From assembly GCA_041487215.1 (NCBI GenBank), contig JBGPMX010000002.1, positions 1 to 35,895 on the forward strand: a stretch of DNA of 35,895 nt, read 5' to 3'. The position numbers were made by a program, and so were the translations under genes. The first letter of the stretch is position 1. Each line of letters begins with the position of its first letter. Under the pieces are notes generated by a model. The model saw only the letters and a list, made by a program, of their open reading frames with translations, was not told the origin of the DNA and searched no databases. This document shows positions 9,240-16,624 of this stretch, piece by piece. This DNA comes from Planctomycetia bacterium. Its GTDB lineage: Bacteria; Planctomycetota; Planctomycetia; JALXBF01; JBGPMX01.

Positions 9240-9665
9240 ATGGTCGAATGGGTCGCGGATCACGAGGGCCTGGTCGCGGCTCTGTTCGCCCTCTCGACGG
9301 CGCTGTTCTTCGCAAGCCTGCTTGGCCTCCCCATTCTGATCGTGCGCATACCGGCCGATTATTTCACGCGCAAGACGCCGCCCCCCTCGAGCTGGCGCGG
9401 GCGGCACCCGGCTGTGCGGGCCGCGATCCTGGTCGTGAAGAACGTTCTGGGTGTTCTTTTCGTACTGGCCGGGATCGCCATGCTGTTCTTACCGGGCCAG
9501 GGAATTCTGGCGATCTTGATTGGCATCACGCTGCTCAATTTCCCCGGCAAGCGGGCACTCGAGCTGCGTATCGCGCGGAGCCGGCCCGTGTTGCGCGCGA
9601 TCAACTGGATCCGTACCCGATCGCACCGCCCGCCGCTTCAGGTGCCGCACGAAGCGGAGCGGTAG
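9240..9665 (+). CDS. Small integral membrane protein (possibly PGPGW-like), function unknown
   Basis: 141-aa ORF with an ATG start and high GC3. Hydrophobic helices: LVAALFALSTALFFASLLGLPILIV and VLGVLFVLAGIAMLFLPGQGILAILIGITLL. Motif assignment is from memory only. Confidence 0.55.
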   Translation: MVEWVADHEGLVAALFALSTALFFASLLGLPILIVRIPADYFTRKTPPPSSWRGRHPAVRAAILVVKNVLGVLFVLAGIAMLFLPGQGILAILIGITLLNFPGKRALELRIARSRPVLRAINWIRTRSHRPPLQVPHEAER

Positions 9666-9699
9666 CGCGCTGCGAGCGCAAGAGCGTTCGGCCCGGGTC

Positions 9700-9907
9700 G
9701 TTTAACCGCAAGCCGCAGGAGACTGCTGAAAAAGGGACCCGATGTGATCTGAACTGCGCAGGCGTTGCACGCCGAAGCCCAGTCATCGCAGCAAGCAGCG
9801 CCTTTTTCAGCAGTCTCCGCAGGCGTGCGCGCGGCGAGACCCTATGGTGTGGCCTGATGAAAAGGCGACCCGATGGAAACGCGCACGCCTGCGGCTGGCG
9901 GTTAAAC
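9700..9907. repeat. Composite palindromic element between convergent genes; GTTTAACC termini
   Basis: Three sets of inverted repeats. 9700-9719 pairs with 9888-9907 (19 of 20). 9718-9735 pairs with 9801-9818 (18 of 18). 9817-9831 pairs with 9880-9894 (15 of 15). There is also a direct repeat, TGAAAA(A)GG(C)GACCCGATG, at about 9727-9745 and 9858-9875. Confidence 0.75.
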
Positions 9908-9992
9908 GATGTACCGCGTCGCACCGATTACCCCGGGGCGGCGCGCATGTCACGCCGCCGGCGGTCGGCGGAACGGCCCGCTCGCGCCCCGC

Positions 9993-11393
9993 TCACTCCC
10001 CCGCAGCCTGGGCTGCCAGCGACACACAGACAATCTCCTTGTCGTTCCGCGCGTACACCGAGCGATGTGCAAACGCGGGGTGCGACCACACCACGTCGCG
10101 GCCCATCGCGCCGCTGGTCGGCTCCAGCAGGTGGGTGCGGCTGATCTCGTCGTAGCCCCGCGGCGTCAGCCGCGCGATGATCAGGTCTCCCTTCTCGTTG
10201 GGCAGGAAGAACCGGTCCCCCTGCTTCACGATGAACGCGTTCGCCCAGCGATCGTTCTGACTGCCGGTGGCTCCGGTCGCCGCCAGCGATTCCCAGATCC
10301 GCTCACCGGTCTCTTCCTTTAAGCAACGCAGCTGGCCGTAGCTGCACACCCCGTAGATGTACCCCTTCTCGATGAACGGAGTGCAGATGATTGCGTGCAG
10401 CTTGTCCGTTTTGCGCTCGCTCTGGCTCGTCCCCTGCCAGAGTACAGTGGCGCCAGGTTTTTGCGGGTCGAGCCGGAGCATGATCGGGCCGTTGTAGAAC
10501 GAGGTGAAGAACAGGTAGTCCCCGTCCTTGCGCGGTGTGGGAATCGTCAGGCCCGCCTTCACCGCAAACGGCTGGGACCAGTACTCCTTGCCCGTCTCGG
10601 GATCGAGCGAGTGGATCGCCTCGGGGTCCCAGACGATGAGCTGCCGCCGGCCTCCCGCCTGGAAGATCATCGGGGGAGCGTAGCCCGGTTCCTTGGCGGA
10701 GATGGCGTGCCAGATCTCCTTGCCCGTGTCCGTGTCGAACGCCACGACGGTCGTCCCCTTGCCGCCGACCAGCACAATCAGCTTCCGGCCGTCGATGAGT
10801 GGCTGCGACGAGAACCCCCACATCGGCGCCTCGACGTGGTAGTCCTTCTTGAGCTCGCGCGACCAGGCGATGTTGCCGTCCTCGGCGTCGAAGCAGAACA
10901 GGTTCCCCTCGGCGCCGAGCGTGTACACCTTGCCGTTGTGAACGACCGGTGTCGACCGCGGCCCGGACGGGTAGCTGATCGTGTAAGGACATTCGTACTC
11001 GTGCTGCCAGACGACCTGGCCGTCCGCGTCGTTGAGGCAGAGCACCCGCTCGACGCCGGGAATCGTGCCGCGCTGGAAGACGGCCTGACCCGTGGGGTTC
11101 CGCGCCCCCTCGGAAAGCATCCGATCGGTCAGGAACACGCGATCGCCGGCCACGGCAGGCCCGGCATAGCCGGCGCCGATCGGTGTCCGCCAGCGCACGG
11201 CGGGGCCGTCCGAGGGAAACTTCTCGATAATGCCCGTCTCGCGCCACACACCGTCGCGCTGTGGACCGAGCCACTGCGGCCAGTCGTCGGCCTGCGCCGC
11301 GTGCCGTGTGACCACCGACGCGATCAGCGCCAGACCGACAACCCATCGCCTTAGTCGTCCGGGCGTATCCCTCGCGGCGTCGCGACGCGACAA
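9993..11393 (-). CDS. PQQ-like (BamB/YVTN-type) beta-propeller repeat protein, secreted
   Basis: ORF 9993-11726. The mature part starts ADDWPQWLGPQRDGVWRETGIIEKFP, followed by repeated beta-propeller blades (GDRVFLTD, GKVYTLGAEGNLFCFDAEDGNIAW, GRKLIVLVGG..., GYIYGVCSYGQLRCL). The upstream 111 codons of the longest ORF run through the repeat cluster at 11420-11549. I therefore place the start at the in-frame TTG at 11393, which gives MSRRDAARDTPGRLRRWVVGLALIASVVTRHAAQA, a signal peptide. The exact start is uncertain. Confidence 0.75.
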   Translation of the reverse strand: MSRRDAARDTPGRLRRWVVGLALIASVVTRHAAQADDWPQWLGPQRDGVWRETGIIEKFPSDGPAVRWRTPIGAGYAGPAVAGDRVFLTDRMLSEGARNPTGQAVFQRGTIPGVERVLCLNDADGQVVWQHEYECPYTISYPSGPRSTPVVHNGKVYTLGAEGNLFCFDAEDGNIAWSRELKKDYHVEAPMWGFSSQPLIDGRKLIVLVGGKGTTVVAFDTDTGKEIWHAISAKEPGYAPPMIFQAGGRRQLIVWDPEAIHSLDPETGKEYWSQPFAVKAGLTIPTPRKDGDYLFFTSFYNGPIMLRLDPQKPGATVLWQGTSQSERKTDKLHAIICTPFIEKGYIYGVCSYGQLRCLKEETGERIWESLAATGATGSQNDRWANAFIVKQGDRFFLPNEKGDLIIARLTPRGYDEISRTHLLEPTSGAMGRDVVWSHPAFAHRSVYARNDKEIVCVSLAAQAAGE

Positions 11394-11419
11394 CGCTATG
11401 CCTCGTTCGGTGCTGTCTG

Positions 11420-11549
11420 GTTCGGCGCGGGTCTCCCGACCCCGCCGCCCTAGGGACCGAAGGTCTCCCGCAATGCGGGGAGACCGTTGAGCGGCGGGGT
11501 CGGGAGACCCGCGCCGAACAGCGGCGGGGTCGGGAGACCCGCGCCGAAC
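11420..11549. repeat. 29-nt repeat family B cluster: one inverted copy, a central hairpin, two tandem direct copies
   Basis: GTTCGGCGCGGGTCTCCCGACCCCGCCGC (11420-11448) is the exact reverse complement of GCGGCGGGGTCGGGAGACCCGCGCCGAAC at 11491-11519. That unit is repeated at 11521-11549. The hairpin GGTCTCCCGCAATGCGGGGAGACC lies between. Fragments of the unit occur at about 3544-3562 and about 20104-20125. Confidence 0.85.
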
Positions 11550-11794
11550 GGCGAGCGTGACACACGCCGCAAGTCGTCTGAGTGCGCCGGGCCTGGTGGC
11601 GACACCAGGCGGCGAGAGACGTCGCGTGGTGCCTGGTGCCTCGTTGTGGGCCATGATCGGTCCTTTCAATGGCTTCTGGAGCAGCGGAAGATCATGGAGA
11701 TTAGTGGCGCGGCGGCAAAATCGCAATGCGGCCCCGTCGTGCCGTGCGGCTGGCCTGTTACTCCGTCACTCATTCGATGCATAGGTGAAAGCGT

Positions 11795-11920
11795 GTCATC
11801 CTGAGCGGAGCGAGGTACGAGCGCATCGAACGATTCACCGGCTGGGCCTCTGCGATCAACCACCGAGGGCGCTTGCTCTGTCATCCTGAGCGGAGCGAGG
11901 TACGAGCGCATCGAAGGATC
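11795..11920 (+). repeat. Two copies of interspersed repeat family A
   Basis: GTCATCCTGAGCGGAGCGAGGTACGAGCGCATCGAA is identical at 11795-11830 and 11880-11915. A diverged extension module (TTACTCCGTCACTCATTCGATGCA) precedes the first copy. Confidence 0.9.
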
Positions 11921-12117
11921 TCTGTGACGAAGAATTCGCCGCTACGCAATCACGGCCGACGCGTACGACTCGCTGTCCGCGGCACCGTCCAAACGAGATG
12001 GCACCGGACTACAGAATCTTGTCCGCTCGGCGGGGATGTCGTAGAACATCCTGTCTGCCGCACCTACGCATACAAGGGTACGGCGCGCTCCGCGCAGCGT
12101 GTTCGAAGGAGTTCTCG

Positions 12118-13419
12118 ATGGCCGCGTCCGGCACGACGAAGGGGAGAGTGGTGCTCGCCTATTCCGGCGGGCTCGACACCACCGTGATCCTGCACTGGCT
12201 GGCCCAGCAGGGCTACGACGTCATCGCGTACTTGCTGGATATCGGCCAGCAGGTCGAGGATCTCGCAAAGATCGGCGAGCGCGCGGTCCGCAACGGCGCG
12301 GCCGACTACGTGGTAGTGCGGGCGCGCGAAGAATTCCTGCGCGACTATTTCCTGCCCTGCCTGTTCGGCCACTGCCAGTACGAGGGGCGGTACCTGATGG
12401 GCACGTCGATCGCCCGCCCGCTGATCGCCAAGCACCAGGTGGATGTGGCGCACCAGAAAGGGGCGCACATCGTATCGCACGGCGCAACGGGCAAGGGGAA
12501 CGATCAGGTGCGGTTCGAGATCAGCTACCAGGCGCTGGACGACAGCCTGCGCATCCTGGCCCCGTGGAAAGAGCCGGCGTTCATCGCGCAGTTCTCCGAG
12601 GGCCGCCGGAGCATGCTGGCTTACGCCGAGAAGCACGGGCTCGAAGTGAAGGCGACCTCGAAGCAGCCATGGTCGTCGGACGACAACCTGCTGCACATCT
12701 CGTACGAAGCGGGGATCCTGGAAGACCCGTGGCTGTCGGCTCCCGCGGAGATCTTTGAGCGGATGGTGCACCCGACGAAGGCGCCTGACCGGGTCGAGCG
12801 GTGCATCATCCAGTGGCAGTCCGGTGTGCCGACGCGCGTGAGCGAAGTGGTGGGCAAGCCGGCGACGCGCGAGGGAGTCGAGCTCACCGTGTACGAAACG
12901 GGCAAGACGCTGGCCGAGGGGCTGGAGCCGGTGTTCTCGTGGGTCGACGCCGCGGCGGCACGTCACGGCGTCGGCGCGCTGGGCATGGTCGAGACCCGTT
13001 ACGTGGGGATGAAGTCGCGCGGCGAGTACCATGCGCCGGGGCACACGGTGCTGCTCGCCGCCCACCGCGATCTCGAGGGACTCTGCCTGACCGGCAGCCT
13101 GATCCTCGAAAAGGACCGCCGCATGCCCGACTTTGCCGCGCTGGTATACAACGGCTACTGGTTCGACCCCGCGTGCGCCGCGCACCGCGCGTTCGTCCGT
13201 GGCACGCAGCAGTACGTCACGGGCGAGACCCGCGTGGCGCTCTACAAGGGGAACGTCATTCTCGAGGGGCGGCGTTCGCCGTACAGCCTGTACGACGCGA
13301 ACGTGGCGACGATGGACGGCGAGAGCGAGGCGTACCGCCAGGAGGACGCCAAGGGCTTCATCCGCCTGCACGCGCTGCCGCTCCGTGTCCGCCGCAAGGT
13401 GCAGGGACCGCCAGACTGA
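12118..13419 (+). CDS. argG: Argininosuccinate synthase
   Basis: The ATG at 12118 is preceded by AAGGA (12106-12110). The N-terminus is MAASGTTKGRVVLAYSGGLDTTVILHWL, the ATP-PPase SGGLDT motif. Further matches: SHGATGKGNDQVRFE, PWSSDDNLLHISYE, MVETRYVGMKSRGEY. The 40-codon upstream extension of the longest ORF (from 11998) has no homology and crosses repeat sequence. Confidence 0.95.
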   Translation: MAASGTTKGRVVLAYSGGLDTTVILHWLAQQGYDVIAYLLDIGQQVEDLAKIGERAVRNGAADYVVVRAREEFLRDYFLPCLFGHCQYEGRYLMGTSIARPLIAKHQVDVAHQKGAHIVSHGATGKGNDQVRFEISYQALDDSLRILAPWKEPAFIAQFSEGRRSMLAYAEKHGLEVKATSKQPWSSDDNLLHISYEAGILEDPWLSAPAEIFERMVHPTKAPDRVERCIIQWQSGVPTRVSEVVGKPATREGVELTVYETGKTLAEGLEPVFSWVDAAAARHGVGALGMVETRYVGMKSRGEYHAPGHTVLLAAHRDLEGLCLTGSLILEKDRRMPDFAALVYNGYWFDPACAAHRAFVRGTQQYVTGETRVALYKGNVILEGRRSPYSLYDANVATMDGESEAYRQEDAKGFIRLHALPLRVRRKVQGPPD

Positions 13420-13424
13420 CATCC

Positions 13425-14204
13425 CTACCACGCCGTGTAGCCGCCGTCGATGACGAGCACCGCGCCGGTCATGTAGCTCGAGGCGTCGCTGGCGAGGTAG
13501 AGCGCGAGCGGGGCGATCTCGTCGGGCTCGCCCAGCCGCCCCATCGGCACCATCCCCTCGAACGTGTCTTTGAGGGCTGGGTTCTCGCGAAACCAGCGGC
13601 GGTTGGGGTCGGTCAGGAACCCGCCAGGCGCAATCGCATTCACGGTGACGCCGTGCGGGGCCCAATCGGCGGCGACGGCGCGGGTGAAACCGCAGACCGC
13701 CGCCTTGGCGGTCTCGTAGCTGCGGCCGGCGATCCCGCGCGTGGCGATGATGCCGCAGATCGACGCCACATTGATGATCCGGCCCCAGCGCCGCTGGATC
13801 ATCTCGGCCCCCAGGATGCGCGTGCAGACGAAGGTGCTGGTCAGGTTGAGGTCGATGATCTTCTGCCACTCCTCGACCGCCATCCGTTCGGTCGGCACGT
13901 TGATGCGGCGGCCCCCGACGTTGTTGATCAGGATGTCGATCGGCCCGAGCTCGCGCACGGCGAGCTCGCTCACGCGGCTGGCCTCGTCGGGTATGCCGAC
14001 GTCGGCCGTGACCGGATCGACCCGGCGACCGGAGCGCCGCAGCTCCGCGGCCGACGCGTCGAGCGCCGCGGCGTCCCGGCCCACCAGTACCAGGTCCGCC
14101 CCCGCCTCGGCGAGCGCCTGTGCCATCGCCTAGCCCAGACCGCGGCTGCCGCCGGTGATCAGGGCCCGCTTGCCGTCCAGCCGGAACCGCTCCATTACGC
14201 CCAT
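13425..14204 (-). pseudogene. Short-chain dehydrogenase/reductase (gluconate-5-dehydrogenase / 3-oxoacyl-ACP-reductase-like) interrupted by one in-frame TAG at 14130-14132
   Basis: Two track ORFs (14130-14375 and 13425-14126) are in the same frame and read MGVMERFRLDGKRALITGGSRGLG-TAG-AMAQALAEAGADLVLVGRD... This is a contiguous Rossmann TGxxxGxG motif split by an amber codon. Downstream motifs are intact: NNVG, SICG...Y-x3-K (YETAKAAV), PGGFLTD. The joined length of 259 codons is normal for an SDR. The start ATG at 14204 follows AAGGA. Confidence 0.75.
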
Positions 14205-14242
14205 GGTTTTGTCCTTGTCGCTTTCTTGAGCGGCCAATTCCC

Positions 14243-14294
14243 CTCTCCCCACGCGGCGGGCGACGCCGAAGTGTCGCCCGCCGCGTGGGGAGAG
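14243..14294. repeat. Perfect 22-bp stem-loop between the beta-helix gene and the SDR gene
   Basis: CTCTCCCCACGCGGCGGGCGAC (14243-14264) is the exact reverse complement of GTCGCCCGCCGCGTGGGGAGAG (14273-14294). The loop is GCCGAAGT. There is no U-tract on either strand, so it is not a canonical intrinsic terminator. Confidence 0.8.
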
Positions 14295-14371
14295 CGGGCA
14301 GGTCGGAGTGGGGTGAGGGGCGCTGGGGCGGGCATGGCGGCAGGCCCGAATCGAGATGCTACTCTGGCGCG

Positions 14372-15739
14372 TCACTCCGTAACGACGACGTTGCCCGTGA
14401 CCGTGTTGCCGCTCCCCGCCACGATCGGCTCGCCTGTGGTGCCGCGGCCGACGAGGTTGCCGGACACCAGGTTGCCGCGCGCACCGCGCGCGAGCCGGAT
14501 GGCGTCCGCCATCACCGGCGTCGCGCGGCGATCCAGCACCGTGCAGCCGCTCACCCGAGAACGCCGCACGCTCTCCAGATAAATCCCGCGGTGGGTTGGG
14601 TCCAGCACCTGGCAGTCGGTGATAGCCATTTCGCTCGAATCGTATACCTCGATGGCGCCGCCCGACTCGGGCCCGCCCGACCGAGTGTCCTCGAGCAAGA
14701 GCGACGACAACACGCAGCCGGCCGAATCGCGCACGGTGATGCCGTCCGTGCGATCACCGCCGTAGTCCGGGTTGTGATCGAAGGTATTCGATGCGACCAG
14801 TACGTGGCGGCAGCGCTCGAGCACGATCGACCGCTCATACCCGCTCGCGAACGTGTTCCCAGTCACGACGACGCCGCGGCACGACCGCAGCAACAGGTTC
14901 GTCGCCTGGCTCATGAGTACGTTGCCGGTGATGGACCACAGCCCGGCCTTGTTGGACAGCTCGGTCTCGAGCCCCTCGATCCGCACGTTCGCGCCGCCGG
15001 GACTCTGCTTCGCCTGGATCGTATTGGACGCGATCGTCCCCTCGCGCACCGTTCCCTCACGGGCGTCGATCCAGACATCGGCCGAGTCGGGGCTGTCCGG
15101 GTCGAAGTTGTACTCGATGTCGCATCCCGTGATCTGCAGGTTTCGCAGCTCGCTGCCGACGATCTTGATCCCGGCGTGCCGGCAGTAGCTGATGTGGCAC
15201 CCGACGATGTTCGTCTGGTGCAGGTTCACGCGATCGAAGAAGACGCCGATCGCCGCACCGCGGCCGTGGTAGATGTGCGAGTTCGCGATCAGCAGGTTGC
15301 GGTTGCGCCGGATCAGGCGCACGCCGTAGCGGCAGCGGCGCACGAGCACGCCGGAGATCGTCGCCTGCATGGTGCCTTCGAGCTCGATGCCGTCCGTCTC
15401 GTCGGTTTCCCCGGCGATCTCGAGGGCACTGACGGTCGGCATCCGCTCCATGGCCCACACCGAGTCGGCGAAGTCGGCGGGATCGGCCGAGCGGGCGTGC
15501 GTCCCCACCAGGCGGAGTGCGGGGCCGCCGCGCGTCATGTGCAGCCGCGCCGTGCCGCCCGCTCCGCTGATCGACGTGCGGCCGTGCCGGGCCAGCTCGA
15601 TCTCGATCGGCCGAGTCAGCCGGTAGTCGCCCGGAGGCAAGACCAGCGCGCCGTCCCCCTGATCCACCGCGTGCTGGATCGAGTCCGTGTCGTCCGTTTT
15701 GCCGTCGCCGGTGGCTCCGAAGTCTCGGACGTTGGTCAT
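14372..15739 (-). CDS. Right-handed parallel beta-helix protein (pectate-lyase-superfamily / glycosidase-like)
   Basis: The N-terminus MTNVRDFGATGDGKTDDTDSIQHAVDQG is the classic Pectate_lyase_3-type opening. Many ~22-residue beta-helix repeats follow (NLLIANSHIYH, IVGCHISYC, LQITGCDIEYN, ITGNVL, VVTGNTF, LVASNTF, VSGCTV, VSGNLV). The start lies 10 nt after the DUF1080 stop. Confidence 0.8.
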   Translation of the reverse strand: MTNVRDFGATGDGKTDDTDSIQHAVDQGDGALVLPPGDYRLTRPIEIELARHGRTSISGAGGTARLHMTRGGPALRLVGTHARSADPADFADSVWAMERMPTVSALEIAGETDETDGIELEGTMQATISGVLVRRCRYGVRLIRRNRNLLIANSHIYHGRGAAIGVFFDRVNLHQTNIVGCHISYCRHAGIKIVGSELRNLQITGCDIEYNFDPDSPDSADVWIDAREGTVREGTIASNTIQAKQSPGGANVRIEGLETELSNKAGLWSITGNVLMSQATNLLLRSCRGVVVTGNTFASGYERSIVLERCRHVLVASNTFDHNPDYGGDRTDGITVRDSAGCVLSSLLLEDTRSGGPESGGAIEVYDSSEMAITDCQVLDPTHRGIYLESVRRSRVSGCTVLDRRATPVMADAIRLARGARGNLVSGNLVGRGTTGEPIVAGSGNTVTGNVVVTE

Positions 15740-15749
15740 GACCGAGCTC

Positions 15750-16517
15750 TCAGCCCTTGGCGGCTTGCTTGCCGGGGAGTGGCCGGATCTTGATGTTGCG
15801 GTACTCGACGCGGTTTCCGTGGTCCTGGAGATCGATGTAGCCTTTCGGCTCGCGGCCGAAGTGTGGCATCGACGCGAACTTGCTCTTCTTGACGAGCGAT
15901 TCCCAGTCCGCGCTGCTGATCTCGTACGCGACGAGTTTCTCGCCGTTCATCCAGTGTTCGACGTGGTTGCCGTTCACCACGATGCGCGCCGTGTTCCACT
16001 GGCCCACGGGCCGGGTGACGTCGCGCGTGGGCGCGTAGAGCGCGTAGCAAGAACCGGCCGTAGTTTCCGGATGGCGGCCGTCCGGGTGCTTCGCGTTATC
16101 GAGCACCTGGTACTCCGGACCCGTCTCGTAAGGAGCACCGAACTGCTCGCTCACCCGGTACATGATCCCGCTGTTGCCCGCTTCGGAGATCTTCCAGTCG
16201 ATCGCCAGCTCGAAGCTGTCGAACTGCTGCTCGGTGACGATGTCACCCCCGCCCTTGGTCCGCGCGAGCGCTCCGTCCACCACCTCCCATCCCTCAGGCA
16301 TCTTGTCGTTCTTGTAGCCGCGCCATCCCTTGGTGGTCTTGCCGTCGAAGAGCAGCCGCCAACCCTCCGCACGCTCCTTCTCCGACAGCTGGTTGGCGGC
16401 GCCCGGCGCCGCCGCGTTCTTGTCGTCGGCGGACGCTTTCTCGGCCCGCATCCACCAGAGGCCCGCCGCCACGGCGAGCGTGGCCAGCACGGGGAGGCGC
16501 CAGCTGTTGCTTCTCAT
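15750..16517 (-). CDS. DUF1080 (3-keto-disaccharide-hydrolase family) secreted protein
   Basis: Signal peptide MRSNSWRLPVLATLAVAAGLWW. Family hallmarks: EGWRLLFDGKTTKGWRGY, DFELAIDWKISEAGNSGIMYR, GPEYQVLDN, NGEKLVAYE, GYIDLQDHGNRVEYRNIKIRPL. AAGGAG lies upstream of the ATG at 16517. Confidence 0.9.
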   Translation of the reverse strand: MRSNSWRLPVLATLAVAAGLWWMRAEKASADDKNAAAPGAANQLSEKERAEGWRLLFDGKTTKGWRGYKNDKMPEGWEVVDGALARTKGGGDIVTEQQFDSFELAIDWKISEAGNSGIMYRVSEQFGAPYETGPEYQVLDNAKHPDGRHPETTAGSCYALYAPTRDVTRPVGQWNTARIVVNGNHVEHWMNGEKLVAYEISSADWESLVKKSKFASMPHFGREPKGYIDLQDHGNRVEYRNIKIRPLPGKQAAKG

Positions 16518-16624
16518 CTCTCTTCTCCTTGTCGCTGGGGAAGTCGGCTGTTTGTCTTGGCGGTGTCACGGGAGCGACCGCGCGAGCCATCACGATAACG
16601 CGCGCCCGTGGTCAACTCCAGCCG

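Noticed and set aside
11420-11549. Possible CRISPR array, with about 29-30-nt direct repeats. The same question was raised for 9700-9907.
   Set aside because: There are only two direct copies, immediately adjacent with a 1-nt gap and no spacers, plus an inverted copy. No cas genes are in the window. The architecture fits REP/MITE-like repeats, not CRISPR.
11998-12117. N-terminal extensions implied by the longest ORFs: argG from 11998, PHP from 3494, hydrolase from 6539, D-TA to 18004, CHAT to 20155, propeller to 24955, P19 to 27204, asnB to 32186, GH-like from 20288 and TPR from 2293.
   Set aside because: In each case an internal ATG coincides with the conserved family N-terminus or a signal peptide, and usually with a Shine-Dalgarno-like GGAG/AAGGA. 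The extensions are Arg/Pro-rich, often overlap repeats or the neighbouring gene, and several start at TTG.
11873-12187. Small ORFs lying in spacers: 11873-12187 (104 aa), 26053-26430 (125 aa), 35335-35850 (171 aa), 17855-18985 (5' part) and 34697-35092.
   Set aside because: Their sequences are translations of repeat families (peptides such as CHPERSEVRAH and LRMT recur wherever family A occurs) or of palindromic elements. They have no RBS, no coherent composition and no motifs.
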